NCBI GenBank assembly: GCA_964586025.1 | Contig: CAZPGF010000003.1 | Coordinates: 10,032-74,031, forward strand | DNA from: an uncultured Planctomycetales bacterium | GTDB taxonomy: Bacteria > Planctomycetota > PLA2 > JAEUHO01 | Reading direction: 5' to 3' | DNA length: 64,000 nt | In this document: positions 54,049-63,187 of the stretch, one piece after another | Layout of the letters: the number at the start of each line of letters is the position of its first letter | Numbering within the stretch: the first letter of the stretch is position 1 | The notes under the pieces: model-generated | What the model was told of the DNA's origin: nothing | What the model saw: only the letters and a program-made list of their open reading frames with translations | The model's database searches: none | Program-made: the position numbers and the translations under genes

Positions 54049-54960
54049 CTACCCGAACAGCGCCGCCGCGAACGCGCGCGAGTCGAACGGCTCGATGTCG
54101 TCGATCCCCTCGCCGACCCCCACGAACTTCACCGGCACGCCGACCACATCGCGGACCGCGACCACCGCTCCGCCCTTCGCGGTGCCGTCGAGCTTGCTGA
54201 CGAACAGCCCGGTCACGGCGGCCGTGCGGTGGAAGAGTTCGGCCTGTCGAATGGCGTTCTGTCCGGTGGTCGCGTCGAGCACCAGGAGGACCTCGTGCGG
54301 GGCACCCGGGATCGCCTTGCCGACGACCCGGACGATCTTTCCGAGTTCCTGCATCAGGTTCTCCTGCGTGTGCAGGCGGCCCGCGGTGTCGACGATCACG
54401 TAGTCGGCGTTGCGCGCGACCGCGGCCTTGCAGGCATCGAAGGCGACTGCGTCGGGCTTCGCGCCGGTCTCCTGCTTGACGATGTCCACGCCGTTGCGCC
54501 GGCTCCAGATCGTCAACTGCTCGACGGCCGCCGCGCGGAACGTGTCCGCCGCGCCGAGGACGACGCGATGGCCGCGGTCCTTGAGCCACTTCGTGAGCTT
54601 GCCGATCGACGTGGTCTTGCCCGATCCGTTCACGCCGCAGACGAGCACCACGGTCGGACCGCTCTCGGCGCGCGCGAGGGCGGTGCCGCCCATGTCCAAG
54701 CGGGCGACGACCTCCTCCTCGAGGAGCCCCTTCAGGTCGTCGGCGGACTTCACGCGACCCTTGCGCGCGGCCCTGCGGGCGGCATCGACGAGTTCGTGCG
54801 CGGTCTTCGGACCGAGGTCGGCGCGGATCAACGTCTCCTCGAGTTCGGAAAGCAGGGTCTCGTCGACCGCGCGACCGAGCGTCAGCACGGCCTTGAGCCC
54901 ATCGACGAGTCCGCTGCGCGTCTTCGCCAGCCCCCGCTTCACTCGGTCGAAGATGCCCAT
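54049..54960 (-). CDS. ftsY: Signal recognition particle receptor
   Basis: VVLVCGVNGSGKTTSIGKLT...DTAGRLHTQENLM...LDGTAKGGAVVAV. Start MGIFDRVKRG set by frame arithmetic. Confidence 0.93.
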   Translation of the reverse strand: MGIFDRVKRGLAKTRSGLVDGLKAVLTLGRAVDETLLSELEETLIRADLGPKTAHELVDAARRAARKGRVKSADDLKGLLEEEVVARLDMGGTALARAESGPTVVLVCGVNGSGKTTSIGKLTKWLKDRGHRVVLGAADTFRAAAVEQLTIWSRRNGVDIVKQETGAKPDAVAFDACKAAVARNADYVIVDTAGRLHTQENLMQELGKIVRVVGKAIPGAPHEVLLVLDATTGQNAIRQAELFHRTAAVTGLFVSKLDGTAKGGAVVAVRDVVGVPVKFVGVGEGIDDIEPFDSRAFAAALFG

Positions 54961-54979
54961 CGTCGGCCCTCTCTTTCGT

Positions 54980-55405
54980 CTATCGCGCCACGCCCGCATC
55001 CTTGCGGATGCGGTCGAGGATGCCATTGACGAACGCGCCGGACGCCTCGGTCGAGAAGCGCTTCGCGAGTTCGATCGCTTCGTTGATCGCGACGCGGTGG
55101 GGCACGTCCGTCGCGAACAGGATCTCGTACGCGCCCAGGCGGAGGGCCGCGCGATCGACCCCGGCCATTCGCTTCAGATCCCAGTTCGTCGCGGCGGCCG
55201 AGATGCGGGCATCGACCTCCTCGCGACGGCGCACGACCCCTTCGACGAGTCGTCGCGCGTACTCCTTGCACGCCGGCCCCTCCGGGTGGTCGCCGAGTTC
55301 CTCCCCGAGGAAGGCTTCGAGTTCCTCCAGGTGGGCCCGCCCGTGGAAATCGAGTTGGAAGAGGAACTGGAGCGCGAGTTCCCGCGCGCGGGTGCGCACC
55401 CTCAC
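54980..55405 (-). CDS. nusB: Transcription antitermination factor NusB
   Basis: RTRARELALQFLFQLDF...WDLKRMAGVDRAALRLGAYEILF. GTG start chosen at 55405; 55399 also possible. Confidence 0.85.
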   Translation of the reverse strand: MRVRTRARELALQFLFQLDFHGRAHLEELEAFLGEELGDHPEGPACKEYARRLVEGVVRRREEVDARISAAATNWDLKRMAGVDRAALRLGAYEILFATDVPHRVAINEAIELAKRFSTEASGAFVNGILDRIRKDAGVAR

Positions 55406-55902
55406 GAGCCGCGCCTCCGCGCCTCGACCTCTCGGTAGAGACAGGCCATCCGCAGCGCCGCTTCGGCCGCTTCGGCCCCCTTGTTGCCGCCCTTGCCCCG
55501 CGCATCGCCCGAACGCGCGAGCGCCTGGTCGAGACGGTCGGCCGTGATCACGCCGAGCCCGACCGGGATCCCCGACTCCACCGCGACCGCGAGCAGCCCG
55601 TCCACCGCCGCGCGTGCGACGAAGTCGAAGTGCGGCGTCTCGCCGCGGACGACGCAGCCGAGCGCGACGATCGCATCGACATCGTCGGTCCGGGCGAGCC
55701 ACGATGCGGCCTGCGGCAACTCGAACGCGCCGGGCACCACCCAATCGACGAGTTTCGACTCGTCCACGCCGGCGGCGAGCAGCGTTGCGCGCGCGGCGCG
55801 GCGGAGGCCGTCGAGGACCTCCGGGTACCAGCGCGTCGAGAGGACGGCGACCCGCAGGGCGGCGGCGCCGGGGAAATCGCTCGAGGGAGAGGACGACGCC
55901 AT
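55402..55902 (-). CDS. ribH: 6,7-dimethyl-8-ribityllumazine synthase
   Basis: LRVAVLSTRWYPEVLDGL...VPGAFELPQAA...GCVVRGETPHFDFV. Start set by frame arithmetic. Confidence 0.9.
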   Translation of the reverse strand: MASSSPSSDFPGAAALRVAVLSTRWYPEVLDGLRRAARATLLAAGVDESKLVDWVVPGAFELPQAASWLARTDDVDAIVALGCVVRGETPHFDFVARAAVDGLLAVAVESGIPVGLGVITADRLDQALARSGDARGKGGNKGAEAAEAALRMACLYREVEARRRGS

Positions 55903-56004
55903 GCGGGATCCGCCGGGGGAAAGAACGGCGACGGATCGTAGCGCCGAGCGCGCCCCGTTCACGGGTTGGTCCGGCCCGACCGCCCGACGACCCGCGCGCG
56001 GCCG

Positions 56005-57270
56005 ATGGCCCGGCGGTGCGATGCACGTAGCATTCGTTCCGTGACCCGGGTCGAGGACGCTCTCCGACGTGTGGCCGATGCCCTGCCGCACGCGGGGCTC
56101 GGCCGACAACGTGTACCGCTCGCTCGTTCCGTCGGGAGGATTCTCGCCGAGGACGTCGAGTTGGATCACGACGTCCCGCCGTTCCGTCGCGCGACGATGG
56201 ACGGTTACGCGTTGGCCGCCGATCCACCCCTCGACGAGGCGATTCCCGTGACCGGCGGGGCGGCCGCGGGAGACGCGCCCGGCGCGACGCTGCGCCCGGG
56301 CCGTGCGTTCCGCGTGATGACCGGCGCACCGATGCCGGAGGGCGCCGTGCGGGTCGTCCCGTTCGAGTGGACCGACGAGGGGGTCGAGGCCGTGCGGGTG
56401 AAAAGGCTTCCGAGCGACGATCCGTTCGTCGTCGAGGCGGGGGCGCACGCGCGATGCGGCGAGATCGTCCTGTCGCACGGCACGCGGATCGACGCGGCGA
56501 TGCTCGGCGCACTCGCGACGGCCGGGTGCACGAGGCCGTTCGTCACACGCGCGCCGCGCGTGACCGTCGTGAGCACCGGCGACGAACTCGTCCCCGTCTC
56601 CGAGCGACCGGCGCCGGGCCGGATCCGCAACTCGAACGGCCCGTTGCTCGTCGCGCTCGCCGCGGCGGCGGGCGCCGTCCCGCGCGACGCGGGCATCGCG
56701 TTCGACGATGCGCCGCGGTTGACGCGCGCCCTCGAGGCGGCCCTCCACGGCGCGGATGTCGTGCTCACGTCGGGGGGCGTGAGCCGCGGCGATCGGGACC
56801 TCGTCCCGAAACTCCTCGCGTCGCTCGGCGTCGAGACCCTGTTCCACGGCTGGGCGGTTCAGCCCGGAGGGCCGCTCTGGTGCGGGGCGCGCGGCTCGAC
56901 GATCGTCGTCGGCCTGCCGGGCAACCCGGCCGGCGCGCAGGTCGGCTTCGAACTCCTCGTCCGTCCCGTGCTCGACGCGCTCGGGGGCCTTCCGTTGCGT
57001 CCGCGCGCGACGGTTCGTGCCCTCTACGACGGGCCGTGGGGTCGGCCGACGCCGCGCCGCCGGTTGCGGCCGGCCGACCTCGTCGTCGATGCCGACGGGA
57101 CGCTCCACGCGATCGCGACGCCGTGGCGCGGCTCGGGCGATCCGTTCGCGCTCGCGCACGCCGCGGCGTGGGCGGTCCTCTCGGAGAACGAGCCGGAGCC
57201 CGCGCCCGAGGCACGGTTCGTCGACGCGATCGCATTCACGCCGCCGCGCATGCGGGACGCGAGAGCATGA
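56005..57270 (+). CDS. moeA: Molybdopterin molybdotransferase
   Basis: MDGYAL..., GAPMPEGA..., TSGGVSRGDRDLV, GLPGNPAG. Start uncertain (Met at 56005 or a later GTG). Confidence 0.85.
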   Translation: MARRCDARSIRSVTRVEDALRRVADALPHAGLGRQRVPLARSVGRILAEDVELDHDVPPFRRATMDGYALAADPPLDEAIPVTGGAAAGDAPGATLRPGRAFRVMTGAPMPEGAVRVVPFEWTDEGVEAVRVKRLPSDDPFVVEAGAHARCGEIVLSHGTRIDAAMLGALATAGCTRPFVTRAPRVTVVSTGDELVPVSERPAPGRIRNSNGPLLVALAAAAGAVPRDAGIAFDDAPRLTRALEAALHGADVVLTSGGVSRGDRDLVPKLLASLGVETLFHGWAVQPGGPLWCGARGSTIVVGLPGNPAGAQVGFELLVRPVLDALGGLPLRPRATVRALYDGPWGRPTPRRRLRPADLVVDADGTLHAIATPWRGSGDPFALAHAAAWAVLSENEPEPAPEARFVDAIAFTPPRMRDARA

Positions 57271-59090
57271 CGCGACGCGCCGCCGACGTGGACGGACCGC
57301 CGCGGACCGGCGCACGCATTGCGCTGGTCGCACTCGGCGCCGCGGCGACGTTGCTGGCGCTGCCGCCGTCGCCGATCCCGCTGGCGATCCTGGTCGCGGA
57401 CCTGCCGTTCGTGGCCCTGCTCTTCTTCCAGAACGGGTTGCACTGGAAGCGCTGGTCGTTCGCGTACGGGTTCACGCACTATGCGTTCGCCCTGCGCTGG
57501 CTCGGCGAGGTGCACCCGATCGAGGTGCCCGCGGCGGCCCTCGTGCTCGCCCCCGTCTACCTGCTGCTCGGCATGGCGATTCGCGGGATCGCACGCTGGC
57601 GGGTGCCGTTCGTGCCCGGGGTCGGCGTCGCGGTCGTGCTCGAGGAGATGCTGCGCACGGTCTGGATGGGGGGGATGCCGTGGCCGATGCGGTCGCTCAC
57701 CTTCGCGACCGAGGCCCCGAGCGGCGCCGCGCTCGCGAGCCTCGTGCCCGCCGCCGGCGTCGTCGGCGCCTACGCCTTCTCCTTCCTCGCGGGCAGCACG
57801 TCGGCGCTCCTGTTCGGCGTGCTGCGCCTGCGCTGGATCGAGGTGGGCCAGCGTGGGCGGGCGCGCCGACGCGTGCTGGTGGCGGGGCTCGTTCCGCTGC
57901 TGACGCTGTTCGGCTTGCTCGTCGCGGCCAACGCGGCCCGCGCGGGGCACGACGCTCGGCGTCGCGACGGGACCGCGTTCGCGACGACGGGCGATTTCCT
58001 CGCGATCCAGGCCGTGATCCCCCAGGACCTGAAGGCCGGTGGGGGACTTTCGGCCGAGGAGTTGTTCGCACGCCACATCGATTGGAGCGCGAGCGCCGTC
58101 GCGGCGGCCGGGGATCGGCCGATCGAGGGGTTGCTGTGGCCCGAGACGATGGTGCCCTTTGCCTGGCTCGCACCGGGGTTGGAGGCGCGCTTCCCCCCTG
58201 CCTGGCGAGACCAGGTCGGCGTGGTGCGGAGGCTGCGTCGTGATGTGCTGGACGGGCGGGATCTCGACGTGTTTCTCGGCGTCCTCTCCCGGCATCCGGC
58301 CGGGGACGGACGCGCCCGGGCGACGCTGCGCGAACTGCCCGAGCGGGACAGCGTCATCCACGTCCGTCCCGCCTTGGTCCCGACACCGGCCGAGCCGATG
58401 CCCCGCCCGCCGGGTCCCGGAGAGCGGCCGCCGTGGGCCGGTGCCGCAGCGCGCCACGACAAGGTGAACCTCGTGCCGGGCGGGGAGTACACGCCGCTCG
58501 GGGAGGTGTTCCCGTTCCTCGAACGCATCCGCGATCTGGTCTCGTCGATCCCCGAACTCGAGCCCGGCGAGCCCGACCAGGAGCCGTTCCGGCTGGAGGT
58601 CGGTCCGCCGTGGATCGATGGGGAGCGTCCGATCGACCATCGGGTGCTGCGCCTCGGGTCGGTGATCTGCTTCGACCTGGCCTTCCCCGCGACCTGTCGG
58701 TCGTGGCGGAGGCGGGGCGCCGACGTGCTGCTGAATCCGGCGAACTACGGCTGGTTCGGGCCCACGGAGTTCCGCGCGCAGGCCCTCTCCCTGGCCCGTC
58801 TTCGGGCCGCCGAGACGGGCACCACCGTCGTCATGGCCGGAAACACCGGGCCGACGGCGTTCCTCGACCCCGTTGGCCGTCCGTACGGACGATTCCGGAC
58901 GAGCGGCGTCGATCCCGGGCGGCTCGCGGGGCGTCTCGACACGACGTATGTGGAAGGGTGGGCGGAGGGACCGCTGATCGCGGACCCGCGGATTCCGCCC
59001 TACGTCTGGATCGGCGACCTGCCCTGGTTCGCGGCGGCCGCGCTGCTCGCCGGCTGCGGGCTGCTCCGGCGCCGCCGACGCGAGGGGTGA
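57267..59090 (+). CDS. lnt: Apolipoprotein N-acyltransferase
   Basis: Polytopic N-domain plus C-terminal CN-hydrolase domain (...VICFDLAFP...). ATGA overlap with the moeA stop; start set by frame arithmetic. Confidence 0.82.
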   Translation: MTRRAADVDGPPRTGARIALVALGAAATLLALPPSPIPLAILVADLPFVALLFFQNGLHWKRWSFAYGFTHYAFALRWLGEVHPIEVPAAALVLAPVYLLLGMAIRGIARWRVPFVPGVGVAVVLEEMLRTVWMGGMPWPMRSLTFATEAPSGAALASLVPAAGVVGAYAFSFLAGSTSALLFGVLRLRWIEVGQRGRARRRVLVAGLVPLLTLFGLLVAANAARAGHDARRRDGTAFATTGDFLAIQAVIPQDLKAGGGLSAEELFARHIDWSASAVAAAGDRPIEGLLWPETMVPFAWLAPGLEARFPPAWRDQVGVVRRLRRDVLDGRDLDVFLGVLSRHPAGDGRARATLRELPERDSVIHVRPALVPTPAEPMPRPPGPGERPPWAGAAARHDKVNLVPGGEYTPLGEVFPFLERIRDLVSSIPELEPGEPDQEPFRLEVGPPWIDGERPIDHRVLRLGSVICFDLAFPATCRSWRRRGADVLLNPANYGWFGPTEFRAQALSLARLRAAETGTTVVMAGNTGPTAFLDPVGRPYGRFRTSGVDPGRLAGRLDTTYVEGWAEGPLIADPRIPPYVWIGDLPWFAAAALLAGCGLLRRRRREG

Positions 59091-59369
59091 GGGCAGAAGG
59101 TCCGAAGAAATCCGGTACCAGCCGGCTCAAATTCGATTGACGGATCGGCTCCGGCTTGGGACAACGCCCGCGCAACGTCGGAGGCGCGCCAAGGCAGGGA
59201 GGCGCCGCCGATGCGTCGGCGTGGGCCGGCGGCTCCGGGTGCTCGCGCCGCCGCAGCGGTGCGATGTCCGGCGCGGGCGCACAGGGCAGGCAGTCGCCTC
59301 CATCCGGTTAGGATGCGGGCCATTCGGGAGGCGGGCCCCTCGGGAGGGGGCCGGTCCGGGAGACATCGC

Positions 59370-60209
59370 ATGAGCACCCTCGCCAAGATCCTCGTCGTCG
59401 TGAACCTCCTGCTCGGAGTCGGGGTTCTCGCGAGCGTCGGGAGCTTCCTCGGTCAGCAGGACACGTGGAAGCACAAGCACGACAGGGAGGTCGCGGAGCG
59501 CAAGTTGGAGCGCGAGAGCCTTCAACAGCAACTCGACCAGGAAAAGACCTTCGCCCGCACGCAGGAAACGAACCTGCGCACGGCGAACGCCGCGAAGGAC
59601 AAGGCCGAGAGCAACGCCCGGGCCCTCCAGGCGGAGAACGAGAACCTGAAGGCCGCGTACAACGCGCTCGCCGAGAACCACGGCATCATGGCGCGCACGG
59701 TCGATCGCGTGACGAACACGCTCAACGCGAACCGCGACCTGATCACCACGCAGGAAGAGACGCTGCGCCAGCAGCGCGAGCAGATCTCCTCGCTGCAGGA
59801 CAGCCGCAACCAGGGCTCGCAGATCCTCAGCGCGAAGGAGTTGGCGCTCGATCGGGCGCAGGCCCAGATCAAGGATCTCGAGCAGAAGATCGCCGACGCG
59901 AACGAGAAGATCCGCACCCAGGAGTTCTCGCTGCGCGTGTTCCGCGAGCGCTTCCCCGGCGTCGAGGTCGCGTCGCAGCCGCCGCACAGCGGCAAGGTCC
60001 TGAACGTCGCCGGCGCGAGCGCGATCGTGATCTCGCTCGGCGCCGAGGACGGCGTCAAGCCCGGCTTCCTCTACATGCTGTCGCGCGGCGGCACCTACCT
60101 CGGCGATCTCCAGATCGACGACGTCCAGGCCAAGCAGTCGTCCGGCTTCCTCGTGAACGGCGCGAAGAGCCCGATCCAGTCCGGCGACGACGTTCACAAC
60201 GCCCGCTAG
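59370..60209 (+). CDS. Membrane-anchored coiled-coil protein with C-terminal beta-rich domain
   Basis: N-terminal TM segment ILVVVNLLLGVGVLASVG, about 170 aa of heptad-like Q/E/K/L-rich sequence, C-terminal GKVLNVAGASAIVISLGAEDGVKPGFLYML. Lower GC than surroundings. Start set by frame arithmetic. Confidence 0.6.
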   Translation: MSTLAKILVVVNLLLGVGVLASVGSFLGQQDTWKHKHDREVAERKLERESLQQQLDQEKTFARTQETNLRTANAAKDKAESNARALQAENENLKAAYNALAENHGIMARTVDRVTNTLNANRDLITTQEETLRQQREQISSLQDSRNQGSQILSAKELALDRAQAQIKDLEQKIADANEKIRTQEFSLRVFRERFPGVEVASQPPHSGKVLNVAGASAIVISLGAEDGVKPGFLYMLSRGGTYLGDLQIDDVQAKQSSGFLVNGAKSPIQSGDDVHNAR

Positions 60210-60332
60210 GGCGGGTCCGGTCCGGGGCGGGCGCTCGCCGTCGCGCCCGACCCGGCACCTCGAACGACGGTGAAGCGTCCATCGGCCGCCCCTCCCGGAC
60301 CCCGGCCCCGGACCCCCAGCACGGAGACAGTC

Positions 60333-60521
60333 ATGGCGCGCGACGTCTACGAAGACCACGACGAGACAACGGCGACCCGGCCCGAGGGCCTGGGCAACGC
60401 CCTGATCTACCTGACCTTCCTCATCCTCGCGACCGCGTTGTTCCTCTCGCAGAACGTGCTGAAGAAGCACTTCAACGTGGGCATGTTCGCGGACAAGGGA
60501 CAGCAACTCGACGGCGCCTGA
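60333..60521 (+). CDS. Small single-TM protein
   Basis: 62 aa: MARDVYEDHDETTATRPEGLGNALIYLTFLILATALFLSQNVLKK...; lower local GC; sits upstream of mreB. Confidence 0.45.
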   Translation: MARDVYEDHDETTATRPEGLGNALIYLTFLILATALFLSQNVLKKHFNVGMFADKGQQLDGA

Positions 60522-60650
60522 TCGCGCATCGTCCGGATCGGCGCCGCGAACAGCGGCGCGCGGTCCGTCTCGCAACGTCGGCAAGGGCGGGTAGAACGTG
60601 GGGGCCGTACCCCGCCCACCCACCGGGGCATGGACGGCGATAGGTCGCAC

Positions 60651-61703
60651 ATGCCCAAGCTTCTCGAGTGGATCATCGGCAAGTTCTCGGTCGACATGGG
60701 GATCGACCTCGGTACTGCCAACACCCTCGTCTGCGTTCAGGGCCGCGGCATCATCCTGAACGAGCCGAGCGTCGTCGCCGTCAAGAAGGGCACCAGCAAG
60801 GTGCTGCTCGAAGGCCGCGCGGTGGGCGACACCGCCAAGGAGATGCTCGGGAAGACCCCGGGCAACATCGTCGCGATCCGTCCGTTGAAGGACGGCGTCA
60901 TCGCCGACTTCGAGATCACCGAGGCGATGCTCCGGTACTTCATCCACAAGGTGCACGATCGCACCTGGGCCGTGCATCCGCGGGTCGTGATCGCGATTCC
61001 GTACGGCATCACTCCCGTCGAGCGGCGCGCGGTGATCAACTCCGCGGAGCGCGCGGGAGCCCGCAAGGTCTACCTGATCGAGGAGCCGATGGCCGCCGGC
61101 ATCGGGGTCGGCCTCCCGATCACCGAGCCGCAGGCGAGCATGATCGTGGACATCGGCGGCGGCACGACCGAGGTCGCCGTGATCTCGCTCGCGGGCATCG
61201 TCGAGGCACGCTCGATGCGCGTCGCCGGCGACGCGATGGACACCGCGATCGTCGAGCACATGCGCAACACCTACAACCTGCTCGTCGGCGAGCAAACCGC
61301 CGAAAAGGTCAAGATCGGCATCGGTTCCGCGTACCCGCTGAAGCGCGAGATGACGATGGACGTGCGCGGCCGTGACCTGAAGAAGGGGTTGCCGCGCAAG
61401 GTCGTGGTCACCAGCGAGGAGATCCGCGAGGCCCTGCAGGAACCCGTCCGGGGGGTCGTGGAGACGGTCAAGACCACGCTCGAAGCGACGCCCCCCGAGT
61501 TGGCGGCCGACCTCGTCGACAGCGGCGTCGTGATGGCCGGCGGCGGCTCCCTCTTGCGTGGCCTCGACCGCGTCATCGCCGAAGAGATCGACCTGCCGGT
61601 GCGCGTCGCGGAGGATCCGCTGACCGCGGTCGCGCGCGGCACCGGCGTCTTCCTCGAGAAGATCGCCGACCTGCGCATCGCGATGGACGAGTCCGACGAC
61701 TGA
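60651..61703 (+). CDS. mreB: Rod shape-determining protein MreB
   Basis: [11 protein letters not shown]...NEPSVVA...[14 protein letters not shown], actin-like. Start MPKLLEW set by frame arithmetic. Confidence 0.96.
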   Translation: MPKLLEWIIGKFSVDMGIDLGTANTLVCVQGRGIILNEPSVVAVKKGTSKVLLEGRAVGDTAKEMLGKTPGNIVAIRPLKDGVIADFEITEAMLRYFIHKVHDRTWAVHPRVVIAIPYGITPVERRAVINSAERAGARKVYLIEEPMAAGIGVGLPITEPQASMIVDIGGGTTEVAVISLAGIVEARSMRVAGDAMDTAIVEHMRNTYNLLVGEQTAEKVKIGIGSAYPLKREMTMDVRGRDLKKGLPRKVVVTSEEIREALQEPVRGVVETVKTTLEATPPELAADLVDSGVVMAGGGSLLRGLDRVIAEEIDLPVRVAEDPLTAVARGTGVFLEKIADLRIAMDESDD

Positions 61704-61826
61704 CCCGGTCGGGAAACTTCCGTTGACCTGTCCCCCCGTTCGGGTCGAATGGACCCGACGCCTGGGGGTCGAACCTGCGATCGGACACCAGGTGTTGGGG
61801 GGGGACCCCGATCCACCGGAGTTCCG

Positions 61827-62669
61827 ATGCGACTGCGCAAGCGACACGCCTGGGGCGCCGCACTCGTCCTTTGGTTCGCGTTGCCGGTGCTGCGTCCGCA
61901 CGGTGTGGACCTCGTCGAGAAGCCGGTCGGCCAGGCGCTGAACTGGCTCGCCGAGGTCCCCGGCCTCAACCCACGCCTCATGCGCGTCGATGCACGGCTC
62001 GCCGCCGACCCGACCGCCGCCGAGGTCGCCGCGCGCGATCGGGAGCGCCTGCGGCTCTGGCACGACGTCGTCGCGCTGCGTGAGCGACTCCAGCAGGCGG
62101 GCGCGCTCGGCGCCGCGCTCGGGGCGGACCGGCTGACGGCCCTCCCCGCGGTCTCCGCAGCACGCGTGCTCCGCGCGCGTGACCCGGTCCCCTGGCGTCG
62201 GTCGCTCGTGCTCGACGCGGGCCGCGACGCCGGCATCGCCGAGGGACATCCCGTCGTCCACGACGGCGCCCTGCTCGGGCGTGTCGTCGTCGTCTGGCCC
62301 GGATCGTCCCGCGTGCAACTGATCACGGATCCGCAGAGCCGTCTCGAGGTGTTCGTGCTGACCTCCTCCGGGAAGCGCCTGCGTGGCTTCGCTCGCCGCC
62401 AGGGCACGCACGATGGGGACGACGCCCTCTCGATCGAGTTCGTTCGCTGGACGCCCGCCGACGGCGCGATCGAGGTGAACGCGCCGGTCGTCACCGCGAA
62501 CCAGGATCCTCAACTTCCCGCGGGGCTGCTCGTCGGTCGGTTGATCGAGGCGGCCGATCCCGATCGCGACGGCATGCCGGCGTTGAGGATGAAGCCGCTC
62601 GTGGATCCCGATCGGATCACCGAGGTCGTGGTGCTGCGTCTTCCCCGCGATCCGCGGGCGGGCGGCTAG
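61827..62669 (+). CDS. mreC: Rod shape-determining protein MreC
   Basis: N-terminal TM segment, coiled-coil region, C-terminal beta domain (GHPVVHDGALLGRVVVVWPGSSRVQLITD); directly downstream of mreB. Confidence 0.85.
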   Translation: MRLRKRHAWGAALVLWFALPVLRPHGVDLVEKPVGQALNWLAEVPGLNPRLMRVDARLAADPTAAEVAARDRERLRLWHDVVALRERLQQAGALGAALGADRLTALPAVSAARVLRARDPVPWRRSLVLDAGRDAGIAEGHPVVHDGALLGRVVVVWPGSSRVQLITDPQSRLEVFVLTSSGKRLRGFARRQGTHDGDDALSIEFVRWTPADGAIEVNAPVVTANQDPQLPAGLLVGRLIEAADPDRDGMPALRMKPLVDPDRITEVVVLRLPRDPRAGG

Positions 62670-62677
62670 GCCCGAAC

Positions 62678-63187
62678 ATGGCGATCCTCGCGTTGCTGTT
62701 GCTCGTGCTGCTCGGGGCGGCGCTGCCGGACGTCGTCCCGCACACGCTGGGCCTTCGGTCGTGGCCGCCGGACGTCTTCGCGCTCGTCACGATCTACATC
62801 GCCGGGCGCGGCCGTGCGTTCCGCGCGGTGGGTTGGGGCATCGCGCTCGGCGCCGTGAAGGACAGCCTGTCGCTCGATCCGCTCGGCACCCATGCGTTCG
62901 TGCTCGGTTTCGTCGCGTGGTTGCTCGCGGAAGGCGCCACGAACCGCGGCCGCCTCGACGGCGCCGCGGGCCTCCTGCTCGTGTTCGCCGGAACCACGCT
63001 CGCGGGATGGGTTCACGCGGTGCGCGTGATGCCGTACGCGCGTGTCGGGTCGCTCGGCGAAGCGTTCGTGGGTTCGCTCGCGACGGCGTTCTGGACGACG
63101 ATGCTGGCGATTCCGCTCGCCGCCCTGCTCGACCGGACGCACGCGCTGGAGAGTCTCTTCGGGAGGCCCCGTGCGTTTTCGGCGTAG
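62678..63187 (+). CDS. mreD: Rod shape-determining protein MreD
   Basis: 169 aa polytopic membrane protein directly downstream of mreC. Confidence 0.8.
   Translation: MAILALLLLVLLGAALPDVVPHTLGLRSWPPDVFALVTIYIAGRGRAFRAVGWGIALGAVKDSLSLDPLGTHAFVLGFVAWLLAEGATNRGRLDGAAGLLLVFAGTTLAGWVHAVRVMPYARVGSLGEAFVGSLATAFWTTMLAIPLAALLDRTHALESLFGRPRAFSA

Noticed and set aside
53874-54200. ORFs 53874..54200(+), 43935..44174 portion, 51760..53898(-) N-terminus with similar peptides (PPVALHGDLPLPACEPGPAV...)
   Set aside because: The peptide similarity is caused by translation across copies of repeat E, not by a conserved protein family; the frames lack starts and context.
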